This document shows, in pieces, positions 6,752 to 15,922 of a stretch of 30,440 nucleotides of DNA. Position 1 is the stretch's first letter, and each line of letters starts with the position of its first letter. The stretch spans positions 1-30,440 of the forward strand of contig RFIL01000041.1 of the NCBI GenBank assembly GCA_003695285.1, given 5' to 3'. This stretch comes from Calditrichota bacterium. Lineage in GTDB: Bacteria; Calditrichota; Calditrichia; RBG-13-44-9; J075. Under the pieces are notes generated by a model, which worked only from the letters and a program-made list of their open reading frames with translations, was not told the origin of the DNA and did no database searches. The translations under genes were made by a program, and so were the position numbers.

Positions 6752-8995
6752 ATGGATTCAAGAATACCCAAATTTTACAAACATTCGGTTCTGGAACGGC
6801 TGGAAATTCTTCGGGAACGAGAGATTCTTTCCCCTGAAGATTTTAAAATTTTAGCCAATGGCAGTAATATCCTGAATGCTGAGGAAGCAGACAAAATGGT
6901 GGAAAACGTCATTGGCGTGTTTACCTTACCTATTGGCCTGGGACTCAATTTTTTGATCAATGATAAAGACTATGTGGTGCCCATGGTTGTGGAGGAACCC
7001 TCTATTATCGCAGCAGTAAGCTCGGCCGCGAAAACAGTGCGCAATGCTGGCGGATTTCGGAGTAAAAGCACTGATCCGATTCTCATCGGTCAAATTCAGG
7101 TGGTGGATATCGAACATCCCTCTCATGCCCAGAAAGCAATTTTACAAAACAAAGAAGAAATACTCAACTTAGCCAACAGTCTTCATCCTAAAATGGTAGC
7201 CCGGGGGGGAGGAGCCAAGGATTTAGAAGTCATCATTCACCCCTCTTCCTCCCATCGAGGAGATATGCTTATTGTTCATTTGCTGGTCGATACCCGTGAT
7301 GCCATGGGGGCCAATCTGGTGAACAGCATGTGCGAAGGAGTGGCCTCTTTAATTGAAAAAATCACCAATGGAAAAGTCTTTTTGCGGATTTTATCCAATC
7401 TGACTGACCGTGCTCTGGTGGAGGCTGAATGCACTATCCCCACCCGGTTATTAGCTGGTAAAGGGTATAGTGGTGAAGAGGTTCGCGATGGAATTATTCT
7501 GGCCAATGAATTTGCCATGGCGGATCCCTATCGCGCCGCCACTCATAATAAAGGCATCATGAACGGGATTGATGCCGTAGCTCTGGCCACCGGAAACGAC
7601 TGGCGAGCAATTGAAGCCGCTGCCCATGCCTACGCCGCCAGGGGCCATGCTTATACCTCATTAACCCGATGGTATAAAAACGACCAGGGTGATCTGGTAG
7701 GAAAGATAAAAATACCGATGAAGGTGGGTATTGTAGGGGGACCGGTTCAATCCAACCCCACAGTGGGAATTTTACTCCGACTAATGCGGGTGGCAACGGC
7801 AACCGAGCTTGCCGAGGTGATGGGGGCTGTGGGATTGGCGCAAAACTTTTCAGCCCTCCGGGCCCTTTCCACAGAAGGTATCCAGAAGGGGCACATGACG
7901 CTCCATGCCCGCACTGTTGCCATGGCTGCCGGGGCTTCTCCGGATATTTTTGATGAAGTAGTGGACCAATTAATCAAAAGTGGTGAAATCAAAGTATGGA
8001 AGGCGGAGGAGATTGTGAAACAAATTCGAACTCGTGAAGAAGAGCCCCAAAAGGTAGAAGAAATCAAGGAAGCGGAAAAGTTAGCCTCCGGCAGTGGGAA
8101 GGTGATTCTCTTCGGTGAACATGCTGCTGTTTATGGAAGCCATGTGATTGCCGCTCCTATTCCCATCGCCATTCAGGCTAAAGTGGAGGATGAAAATGAT
8201 GGTATTCATCTGGTAATTCCACGCTGGGGGGTGGAAGAACGACTGCACATGGATACCGAGCATAAACACTCCATCTATCAATCTCTTGACCTGATCATCA
8301 ATACCCTGGGATTAAAAGACAAAAACATGCGGATTGAGGTTTATCCTAATGTTCCCAGAGCAATGGGGCTTGGAGGTTCAGCTGCTCTGGCGGTTGCGAT
8401 TATTCGTGCCCTCTCTCAGCACTATCAACTGAATTTATCTGATGATGATGTTAACAAACTGGCATTTGAATCTGAAAAGATTGTCCATGGAACTCCCTCC
8501 GGGATTGATAATACCATGGCCACTTATGGGAAATTCATCCTCTTCCGAAAGGGTGAACCCCCATTAATGAAACCGATTGATGTTCCCCATCCCATCCCCA
8601 TCGTGATTGGTCTTTCCGGGGTTGAAAGTCTCACTGCTAAAATGGTGGCGCACGTCCGGAAAGCATGGGAAAAAAATCAGGCGCTTTATGATAAGATTTT
8701 CAAGGAAATTGACGAACTCGCCCTGCAGGCTGTCAAAGCCATTCAAAATTATGACCTTGAAAAACTGGGAGAATTGATGAATATTAATCAGGGATTGCTA
8801 AATGCTCTGCAGGTATCCAGCTGGGAACTGGAAGAACTCATCCAGATTGCCCGGAATTCGGGAGCGCTGGGTGCCAAATTAACCGGAGGTGGAGGTGGAG
8901 GTGCCATGATAGCCCTCTGTCCCGATAAGGCAGAACAGGTGGCTGAGGCGATGCGAAAAGCTGGTTATAAAGCCATCATCACTGAGTTGCGCTAA
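6752..8995 (+). CDS. Class II HMG-CoA reductase fused in frame to a C-terminal mevalonate kinase
   Basis: HMGR part (~6752-8030): VVEEPSIIAA, DAMGAN, THNKGIMNG, GNDWRAIEA, IQKGHMTLHAR. MVK part (~8081-8995): GSGKVILFGEHAAVYG, PRAMGLGGSAAL, HGTPSGIDN, GAKLTGGGGGG. The likely start is ATG 6752 (RBS AGAGGG) rather than 6725. Confidence 0.93.
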   Translation: MDSRIPKFYKHSVLERLEILREREILSPEDFKILANGSNILNAEEADKMVENVIGVFTLPIGLGLNFLINDKDYVVPMVVEEPSIIAAVSSAAKTVRNAGGFRSKSTDPILIGQIQVVDIEHPSHAQKAILQNKEEILNLANSLHPKMVARGGGAKDLEVIIHPSSSHRGDMLIVHLLVDTRDAMGANLVNSMCEGVASLIEKITNGKVFLRILSNLTDRALVEAECTIPTRLLAGKGYSGEEVRDGIILANEFAMADPYRAATHNKGIMNGIDAVALATGNDWRAIEAAAHAYAARGHAYTSLTRWYKNDQGDLVGKIKIPMKVGIVGGPVQSNPTVGILLRLMRVATATELAEVMGAVGLAQNFSALRALSTEGIQKGHMTLHARTVAMAAGASPDIFDEVVDQLIKSGEIKVWKAEEIVKQIRTREEEPQKVEEIKEAEKLASGSGKVILFGEHAAVYGSHVIAAPIPIAIQAKVEDENDGIHLVIPRWGVEERLHMDTEHKHSIYQSLDLIINTLGLKDKNMRIEVYPNVPRAMGLGGSAALAVAIIRALSQHYQLNLSDDDVNKLAFESEKIVHGTPSGIDNTMATYGKFILFRKGEPPLMKPIDVPHPIPIVIGLSGVESLTAKMVAHVRKAWEKNQALYDKIFKEIDELALQAVKAIQNYDLEKLGELMNINQGLLNALQVSSWELEELIQIARNSGALGAKLTGGGGGGAMIALCPDKAEQVAEAMRKAGYKAIITELR

Positions 8996-9066
8996 GAAAG
9001 AAATAAATAATCACACTGAAGCATAGAGCGGTTGAGTAAACGTCTGGTAAAGTTAGGAGAGAGCTT

Positions 9067-9630
9067 ATGAGTAATAATGACCAGCAAGTTTCTTTTGATG
9101 ATGAGATGCTGATTCTTGTGGATGAGAATGATAATATAATTGGTTATGAGAACAAACTGGCGTGTCATCGTGGGGAGGGGCTTCTCCACCGCGCTTTCTC
9201 TATTTTTATCTTCAATGACCGCAAAGAGTTATTACTCCAACAGCGGAGTGAACAAAAACATCTCTGGCCTCTGTACTGGTCTAACAGTTGTTGTAGCCAT
9301 CCCCGGAAAGGAGAAGATCTGGAAAATGCCACCCAACGCCGCCTGGCGGAAGAGCTTGGTATTAGCACCCCACTCAAACACCTGTTCACTTTTCAATACC
9401 ATGCCAGATATAAAAACGTCGGTTCAGAGAGGGAGGTTTGTGCTGTCTTGATCGGTAAAAGCAATGATCCCATTTCAGTCAATCCCACTGAGATTGCCGA
9501 TTGGAAATACATTGGCATTAATGAGTTGACTCAGGAACTCGCCAAACACCCGGAAAAATATACACCATGGTTAAAAATGGAGTGGGAACGATTGATGGTA
9601 GAGCACCTGGACGATATTATGGCATTATAG
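9067..9630 (+). CDS. idi: Isopentenyl-diphosphate delta-isomerase type 1 (Nudix fold)
   Basis: LHRAFSIFIFN, LLLQQRS, NSCCSHP, RRLAEELG, EREVC motifs; RBS AGGAGA. Confidence 0.96.
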   Translation: MSNNDQQVSFDDEMLILVDENDNIIGYENKLACHRGEGLLHRAFSIFIFNDRKELLLQQRSEQKHLWPLYWSNSCCSHPRKGEDLENATQRRLAEELGISTPLKHLFTFQYHARYKNVGSEREVCAVLIGKSNDPISVNPTEIADWKYIGINELTQELAKHPEKYTPWLKMEWERLMVEHLDDIMAL

Positions 9631-9671
9631 GTGTTGGGAATAAAAAATGGTAGCCGCATAGGACATATGGT

Positions 9672-10553
9672 ATGACACTTGGTCTCGCAGGACTCAGACT
9701 TCATCAGACGGAGCCTCAGTTGACTGGGCCGATGGACCTCAAAGCGTCCGAGGTGTCGGTCGTCGTTCCCGTCCGCAACAACACGAGTGGATTGATTCGT
9801 TTGCTCGAGGCGATCGCGAACCTCGACCACGACTCTCAACCAGGTGAAGTCATTGTCGTCGACGACGGATCTCGACCGCAAGTGCCGATGGAGGCACTAC
9901 GGTCATCTTCGGATGGGCTATGCATCAGAATTGTCCGCATGCGAGGCACCGGTCCTGGTGTCGCTCGGAACGCAGGCGCTGCCTTGGCGCGGGGACGGTG
10001 GCTCTTATTTACCGATAGCGACTGCGTTCCATGTTCGGGCTGGGTCATGGGCTACAAAAGCGCCATGAACGGCGCGATTGCATATGCGGGTGGGGTTCGC
10101 GCTCTCCACAACGACTTTCTTTCGCGCTACTGCGAAGCGCAGGAGCTCTTAATACCACCTCCATGCGCTGACTTGCGCCCGCTGTACCTCGTAACCGCAA
10201 ATGCGCTCGTTCTGCGCGAGGCGTTTGTCCGCGTGCGCGGGTTCGATCCACATTTCGCAATTGCCGGTGGGGAGGATATCGATTTTGCACTGCGAATGCG
10301 CAAGATTGGCGACCTCTGCTTCGCGCTGAACTCGGTCGTATTCCACGACTTCAGCGGAGGTATACGAACCTTCCTCCGCAGATGTATTAGGTACGGCATA
10401 GGAAACCGGATGCTCGCCAATAAGTATGGCCTTGACCTCGCTCCACAAAGGTTTCGACCGGCTTTAAAAGGATGGCGGGCCACATTGGCAGCGCATCTTC
10501 AATTCGTAGGGCTATGGGTTGGGTATCACATGGCAGCCGGGGCCCGGTCATGA
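9672..10553 (+). CDS. Family 2 (GT-A fold) glycosyltransferase, GC-rich, probably horizontally acquired
   Basis: VSVVVPVRN, VIVVDDGS, GPGVARNAG, FTDSDC, GGEDIDF. The start may be ATG 9732 (MDLKASEV). Sampled GC was 38/60 and 36/60, against 24/60 in idi and 23/60 in the M23 gene. Confidence 0.88.
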   Translation: MTLGLAGLRLHQTEPQLTGPMDLKASEVSVVVPVRNNTSGLIRLLEAIANLDHDSQPGEVIVVDDGSRPQVPMEALRSSSDGLCIRIVRMRGTGPGVARNAGAALARGRWLLFTDSDCVPCSGWVMGYKSAMNGAIAYAGGVRALHNDFLSRYCEAQELLIPPPCADLRPLYLVTANALVLREAFVRVRGFDPHFAIAGGEDIDFALRMRKIGDLCFALNSVVFHDFSGGIRTFLRRCIRYGIGNRMLANKYGLDLAPQRFRPALKGWRATLAAHLQFVGLWVGYHMAAGARS

Positions 10554-10562
10554 CGAGACTGC

Positions 10563-10622
10563 GTCTAACAACAGCATGCAGCGGACAGCGTTGCGAACCG
10601 CCGCTGATGCTGAACATTCAAT
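10563..10622 (+). mobile_element. Degenerate integron attC recombination site
   Basis: R'' GTCTAAC, 5-nt spacer, L'' CATGCAGC (extra G), GG(A)C stem, L' GCTGATG, 6-nt spacer, R' ATTCAAT (consensus GTTRRRY; G replaced by A). Lies 9 nt after the GT2 stop in cassette orientation. Confidence 0.75.
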
Positions 10623-10651
10623 CGAATGAAGAAATGATCGAAATTCCATTC

Positions 10652-11656
10652 TTACCATCGCAGGGTTAAAGAGGCTTTGACAGAATGGGCATCTGCCTTC
10701 CAGTCTACGGCCAACCCACTGCGGGGGATGATCATCTCCGCTCTTGATTTCTTACCTTTCTTTTGCATCCCTTGAATAAAAGCGGTAACAATATCCGTCC
10801 CCCAGATAACCCAGATAGCAGTTTGAAAGCTTTTCTCCAGGGAACGATTATCCTGGTAGCTTCGCCAGTAACGGTTCTGGCTTTCTGCATCCCGGGATAA
10901 TTCATAATTCTGCAGGGCTTCTTCCTTTCTCCCCCGGTATTTCAAAACAAAAGCATAGCATATCCCCATTGAGATGGGAGATACAAACCAGAGTTTTTGT
11001 TTGAGATAATAATGCCCTAAACCGGGGATAACAGAGAAGAGAGCGGCTTCCGGGCCTCTTCTGGAACGAGAAGTTTTTTTAGGGATGAACTGTGGTTTTC
11101 TTTGCGGTTTTTCTTCTCTTTTCGGTTCAATTTTTTTGCTACTCCCAACTGATGTCCTGGTGGAGAGGTCCAAATTGGGGGGACGTCGTTGGGCTTTTTG
11201 TAAATAGGGAAGGGGATCCACTTGCTTCCCGTTTTTTAATATGGAAAAGTGTAGATGAACCCCGGTGGCATCCCCGGTCGCACCGGCTTTCCCAATCAGT
11301 TCTCCTGCCTGAACATGCTGTCCCTGCTTTACCAGAATTTGAGACAAATGATGATAACGGGATTTATAATTCCCGGCATGTTGTAGGACAATGGATCTTC
11401 CGTAGCCGGATTGATACCCGGCTTTTACCACCGTTCCGGCTCGCCAGGCATAAACCGGGTCGCCTTCCTTCGCCTGTAAATCAATCCCTTGATGAAATTG
11501 ATTGTCCCTGGGATAAAACGGGTCTGCTCTCCATCCATATAGACTGGTCACATCACGCCATTCACCCAGGGGATGATAAGAAAGGGTATCACTACCAGGC
11601 GATTGTCCGAAAAGCCATTGGCAGAAGCACAGGAGTGTGATTAAAAATTTTCTCAT
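10652..11656 (-). CDS. Secreted M23 metallopeptidase fused to a C-terminal DUF5683-like membrane domain
   Basis: Signal peptide MRKFLITLLCFCQWLFG|Q; intact M23 zinc ligands HQGID and HLHF; Lys/Pro-rich linker; AALFSVIPGLGHYY plus hydrophobic helices; ends SVKASLTLRW; RBS GGAGG. Confidence 0.8.
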   Translation of the reverse strand: MRKFLITLLCFCQWLFGQSPGSDTLSYHPLGEWRDVTSLYGWRADPFYPRDNQFHQGIDLQAKEGDPVYAWRAGTVVKAGYQSGYGRSIVLQHAGNYKSRYHHLSQILVKQGQHVQAGELIGKAGATGDATGVHLHFSILKNGKQVDPLPYLQKAQRRPPNLDLSTRTSVGSSKKIEPKREEKPQRKPQFIPKKTSRSRRGPEAALFSVIPGLGHYYLKQKLWFVSPISMGICYAFVLKYRGRKEEALQNYELSRDAESQNRYWRSYQDNRSLEKSFQTAIWVIWGTDIVTAFIQGMQKKGKKSRAEMIIPRSGLAVDWKADAHSVKASLTLRW

Positions 11657-11712
11657 GGTTATATAAACCTCCCACCTATAGCCGGAGTTCCAGCCCCGGG
11701 AATAACCCGCCT

Positions 11713-12564
11713 TCAGTATTTCAGGTACTTACCAATCGAAATGTAGCTGCCAATTAATCCCAGCATCGTTCCTGTTAGAATCAAAAACCCATAATAATAC
11801 AGGGGTATATGCAAGGTGGGGAACAATGCTGTTCGGATGATATCCACTCCCAGCCACAACAACCCACAGGCGAAAAGACTACCCAGTAACCCCTGAAGTA
11901 TCCCCTCCACAACAAAAGGTCCTTTTATGAACAGGCGGGTGGCTCCCACCAACCGCATAATGGATATCAAATTTCGACGGGAATGTATGGTTAAACGAAT
12001 GGTATTAAAAATGAGCATGGTTGAAATAAAAAAGATGGTTGCCCCCACTGCGGAGGTGATGATAACACCCAGTAAAAAATATTTATTCATTAAGCGAATG
12101 ATATTCCTCTGATAATTAACCTCATCCACTTCTTCCAGGGCTTCAATTTTCCGCACGATGGATTCGATTTCATTCATCTTACGATATCCACCCTTCAATA
12201 CCACGCGGAAAGAGGGGGGAAAAGGATTCGCGTCCAACACTGAGAGAATATCACCGAAGTCGCTCTCAAATTCCTTCAATGCATGCTGAGGCGTGATATA
12301 ATTTACGTAGCCAACCCCATCCAGTGAATTTAAGTATCGGGCTAAAGAATCGACCTGACTCGATGATAAGGAGGGATCGATAAACACTTCCAGTTGGATT
12401 TTATTATACAATTGCTGGAATGAATGGGAGAGATTTTGAACGATCAACCCAAACATTCCAATTAAGGTAAGCGATAACGTCACCGTAACAATCGTTATCG
12501 TAGCCGAAAGTCGTGCTCTTTGAAACCCCGCTAAACCCTCTTTAAGCAAGAAAAACAGCTTCAT
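11713..12564 (-). CDS. ftsX: Cell division ABC transporter permease FtsX
   Basis: Four-TM layout with an extracytoplasmic loop (NPFPPSFRV), IFNTIRLTI, MRLVGAT, PFVVEG; overlaps the ftsE stop by 4 nt. Confidence 0.93.
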   Translation of the reverse strand: MKLFFLLKEGLAGFQRARLSATITIVTVTLSLTLIGMFGLIVQNLSHSFQQLYNKIQLEVFIDPSLSSSQVDSLARYLNSLDGVGYVNYITPQHALKEFESDFGDILSVLDANPFPPSFRVVLKGGYRKMNEIESIVRKIEALEEVDEVNYQRNIIRLMNKYFLLGVIITSAVGATIFFISTMLIFNTIRLTIHSRRNLISIMRLVGATRLFIKGPFVVEGILQGLLGSLFACGLLWLGVDIIRTALFPTLHIPLYYYGFLILTGTMLGLIGSYISIGKYLKY

Positions 12565-13247
12565 TTTTTCTTCCCCTGAATCTGGGATGCCGGAATTTCT
12601 TTATAGAGTCTGCCATTGTCCAACACAATCGTGCGATGGGGATATTGCCGAATCAAATCATAATTATGAGTAGCCATCACCACAGCAGTACCACTACGAT
12701 TGATACTTTCCAATAAACTCAATATTTCTTTCGATACATGGGGATCGAGGTTACCAGTGGGTTCATCGGCAAGTAATACAAATGGTTCGTTTACCAGTGC
12801 TCTGGCAATTGCGACCCGTTGTTGTTCGCCACCGGAGAGTTTATCGGGCATCACATAGCGTTTATGGGTTAACCCTACCCGATTTAACACCGCCAATACC
12901 CGGGGCTTGATCTTTTTCCCCGGAACCCCGATCACTTGTAGGGCAAAGGCAACGTTGTCAAAAACATTCCGATCGGTCAATAACTTGAAATCCTGAAAAA
13001 TGACCCCCACCTTACGTCTTAAATAAGGTATATGGCGAGGGGAGATGGAAGAAGAACTATATTTATCCACAATGACATTCCCCCGGGTGGGGAAAAGATC
13101 CATGTATATCAATTTTAAAAGGGTGGTCTTACCGGCTCCGGTCTTGCCTATTAAATAAACAAACTCCCCTTTCTGAATTTTCAAACTAATATGATCCAGA
13201 ATGGGACGTTTTCCCAGTGTAACACTCACATTAAATAGTTCAATCAT
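12561..13247 (-). CDS. ftsE: Cell division ABC ATPase FtsE
   Basis: [47 protein letters not shown]; adjacent to ftsX. ATG 13247 is preferred over TTG 13253. Confidence 0.95.
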   Translation of the reverse strand: MIELFNVSVTLGKRPILDHISLKIQKGEFVYLIGKTGAGKTTLLKLIYMDLFPTRGNVIVDKYSSSSISPRHIPYLRRKVGVIFQDFKLLTDRNVFDNVAFALQVIGVPGKKIKPRVLAVLNRVGLTHKRYVMPDKLSGGEQQRVAIARALVNEPFVLLADEPTGNLDPHVSKEILSLLESINRSGTAVVMATHNYDLIRQYPHRTIVLDNGRLYKEIPASQIQGKKK

Positions 13248-13347
13248 CGGCAACCGCTTTTACTGCAATCAAACTTGACCAATTAATACGCCTTATTTCA
13301 CCGAAAACCTTAATATTGTTTCGGGTCTAAAGGAATTTTATTTAACC

Positions 13348-14136
13348 TCAATTGCTTTCTTTGCCCTCTTTTTTCAGAATAAAGTGGGCTCTCCCACTCA
13401 ATGGAGATAGGGGCTCAAGAGAGAATTCATCATACACATGGAGTAAAGTAAATGGTGTTTTTTCCGTTATCAGAGAATGAATATAGGAAAAGTCATATAT
13501 CCGTTGTTTATGTTCTTCTTCAAAAATACCTTCCGGAGTATAAATGCGAATCCAGTTATACTGTATTTTATCTTCTTCATGGTAAAAGCTCTCCCGTGAA
13601 TAAGCATAGTCGTTGTTCAGCACTTCGCTGTCGTAGTAACCCTGAAAATACTGCCGGCAGTGCAACTCGCTGACCAGATCAAAAATAAAGAGCCCACCAG
13701 GGAGAAGCTTTTGGTGTACCATGTTTAGCCCATTTACGACAGCCTCTTCCTCCATCAGATAATTAAAGGTATCGTAGAGACAGGTCATGATCAGATAGGA
13801 TTGCGGCGGAATTTCAACCAAATCCGGCAAACCGCATTGATAGAATGTTCTTTCCGGTACCTTTTTAAGCGCTGATTTTAACATATCCGAAGAAGGATCA
13901 CATCCATCAGCAACCTGTCCGAGACGCCCGATTTCTTTAATAAATCGTCCGGTTCCACATCCTATATCCAGCAGTTTACCCTGCTTCCATACCTTTTCTT
14001 CTTTGCATATTAAAGCAATATATTTCGCCCATTTGCGATAATTCACATGCTCCATCATTTTATCGTACACCAGTGCTAACATACTGTAAGGAGGGATGGA
14101 GCGAAGATTTTTTTTATCTGCCAAATGTGAACGCAT
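13348..14136 (-). CDS. Class I SAM-dependent methyltransferase
   Basis: YSMLALVYD, LLDIGCGTG, DPSSDML, CLYDTFNYL, PGGLFIFD motifs; substrate unknown. Confidence 0.88.
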   Translation of the reverse strand: MRSHLADKKNLRSIPPYSMLALVYDKMMEHVNYRKWAKYIALICKEEKVWKQGKLLDIGCGTGRFIKEIGRLGQVADGCDPSSDMLKSALKKVPERTFYQCGLPDLVEIPPQSYLIMTCLYDTFNYLMEEEAVVNGLNMVHQKLLPGGLFIFDLVSELHCRQYFQGYYDSEVLNNDYAYSRESFYHEEDKIQYNWIRIYTPEGIFEEEHKQRIYDFSYIHSLITEKTPFTLLHVYDEFSLEPLSPLSGRAHFILKKEGKESN

Positions 14137-14319
14137 AGACTAAAATTATCCTGTTATGTATATCATTGACAATGTTTCGGAGAGGTTGCAAAGTCCATGT
14201 GAGGAACCGGTAAGAAATGTGTTCTCCTCTTCCCTAACCTCAACTCAAAAAATATAAGTATCAATACGTTAAAAATAACATGGTAAGACCATCCACCATC
14301 GGATGAATAACATTTCAGT

Positions 14320-14353
14320 AAAAAAGCCGGGAAAACAATGGTCTTCCCGGCTT
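14320..14353 (-). terminator. Rho-independent terminator after icd
   Basis: Minus strand AAGCCGGGAAGAC-CATT-GTTTTCCCGGCTT followed by TTTT, starting ~11 nt after the icd stop. The G:U pair works on this strand. Confidence 0.85.
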
Positions 14354-14364
14354 CAAGATAAAGA

Positions 14365-15606
14365 TTAAAAATTATCAATAATAGCCTGAGCAAACTCTGA
14401 CGTTTTGAGTGGTTTCACATCACCTTCCATCTGGCGAGCAAGGTCGTAGGTAACTCGTTTTTGTTGAACCGCCTTTTCCAGAGCGTTTTCTATAATATCA
14501 CCCACTTCCTTCCATTGCATATACTGGAACATTAACACTCCCGACAGGATGAGTGAACTGGGGTTAACCTTATCCATTCCGGCGTATTTAGGAGCAGTTC
14601 CATGGGTCGCTTCAAAAACCCCAATTTCATCACCAATATTGGCGCCGGGTGCCATCCCCAACCCACCAACCTGTGCCGCACAGGCATCACTAATGTAATC
14701 ACCGTTCAAGTTAGGGGTGGCAATGATGTCATACTCATCGGTGCGGGTTAAAATTTGCTGCAGCATATTATCTGCAATTCGATCTTTTATGACCTTTTTC
14801 CCAGAAGGGACTTCTCCATTGTATTTAGCCCAGAGATCTTCTTCCGTAATAAAATAATCACCAAATTCTTCTTTGGCCACCTCATAACCCCAATCTTTAA
14901 AGGCGCCTTCGGTAAATTTCATGATATTACCTTTATGCATCAGGGTAATGCTTTCCCGATTCTGAGCCAGCGCATACTGAATGGCTTTGCGAACCAGTTG
15001 TTTGGTTCCCGTCTCACTAATCGGTTTGATACCGATTCCGGAATCAACCCGCAGATTAGCACCCAGTTCCTTTTGCAAAAATTCAATCAATTTTTGAGCT
15101 TCCGGGGTACCCTTTTTATACTCAATACCCGCATAGACATCCTCGGTATTTTCCCGGAAAACGACCACATTCATTTTTTCGGGATGTTTTACCGGGCTGG
15201 GAACACCTTTGTAATATTTGACCGGGCGGATACAGGCATAAAGATTCAAAATCTGTCGGATGGCAACATTTAAACTTCGGAAACCTCCCCCAACCGGAGT
15301 GGTTAAAGGCCCCTTGATGGCAATATAATGTTGACGTATCGCTTCAATCGTTTCGTCGGGTAGCCACTGGTTATAGATGGCATGAGCTTTTTCCCCGGCA
15401 TACACTTCCATCCAGGCAATTTTGCGCTTTCCACCATATGCTTTCTCAACAGCGGCATCAAATACTTTTTGAGAAGCGCGCCAGATATCCGGTCCTATCC
15501 CATCTCCTTCAATAAACGGTATAATCGGTTGATCAGGAACCTGATACTCACCATTCTCGAATGTGATCGGTTTTCCCCAATCTGGAACTTGAATGTGTTT
15601 AAACAT
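14365..15606 (-). CDS. icd: Isocitrate dehydrogenase, homodimeric E. coli-type (probably NADP)
   Basis: [81 protein letters not shown]; RBS AGGAG-like. Confidence 0.97.
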   Translation of the reverse strand: MFKHIQVPDWGKPITFENGEYQVPDQPIIPFIEGDGIGPDIWRASQKVFDAAVEKAYGGKRKIAWMEVYAGEKAHAIYNQWLPDETIEAIRQHYIAIKGPLTTPVGGGFRSLNVAIRQILNLYACIRPVKYYKGVPSPVKHPEKMNVVVFRENTEDVYAGIEYKKGTPEAQKLIEFLQKELGANLRVDSGIGIKPISETGTKQLVRKAIQYALAQNRESITLMHKGNIMKFTEGAFKDWGYEVAKEEFGDYFITEEDLWAKYNGEVPSGKKVIKDRIADNMLQQILTRTDEYDIIATPNLNGDYISDACAAQVGGLGMAPGANIGDEIGVFEATHGTAPKYAGMDKVNPSSLILSGVLMFQYMQWKEVGDIIENALEKAVQQKRVTYDLARQMEGDVKPLKTSEFAQAIIDNF

Positions 15607-15646
15607 AGGAGTCTCCTCTCAATACATAATTCCGGTTAGCAGTTAT

Positions 15647-15922
15647 TTATTTGTTGGAAGCGTTCGATCCGCTATCATTCTTCTTATCCGTTTTAGAAGA
15701 CTCGCGTGAAGAAGATTGGTTATTTGTGGTCCCATTGGATTTTCGCTGGTAATCAGTGATATAAAATCCGGAACCTTTAAAAATCAATCCACTTCCACCA
15801 CTAATTAATCTTTCTGCCTTCCCGTGGCAAACGGGACACTCTTCAATGGGAAGATCTTTTATACTCTGAAATTCCTCAAACAGATGTCCACAATCCTTAC
15901 AACGATATTCATACGTCGGCAT
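15647..15922 (-). CDS. FmdB family zinc-ribbon protein
   Basis: MPTYEYRCKDCG...CPVCHG, FKGSGFYITDY, Ser/Lys-rich tail; RBS GGAGG. Confidence 0.9.
   Translation of the reverse strand: MPTYEYRCKDCGHLFEEFQSIKDLPIEECPVCHGKAERLISGGSGLIFKGSGFYITDYQRKSNGTTNNQSSSRESSKTDKKNDSGSNASNK

Noticed and set aside
8884-8903. GGAGGT short tandem repeat
   Set aside because: Encodes the Gly-rich GAKLTGGGGGG GHMP-kinase loop; not a VNTR or CRISPR repeat.
9672-10553. Calling the GT2 the mycofactocin glycosyltransferase MftF
   Set aside because: The motifs are generic GT-A; the protein is short and no mftA-E genes are present.
11092-11640. 182-aa plus-strand ORF
   Set aside because: Entirely antisense to the M23 peptidase gene with no recognisable motifs; a shadow ORF.
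4314-15606. Citrate synthase homolog and icd as a TCA operon
   Set aside because: They are ~9 kb apart on opposite strands with unrelated genes between them.
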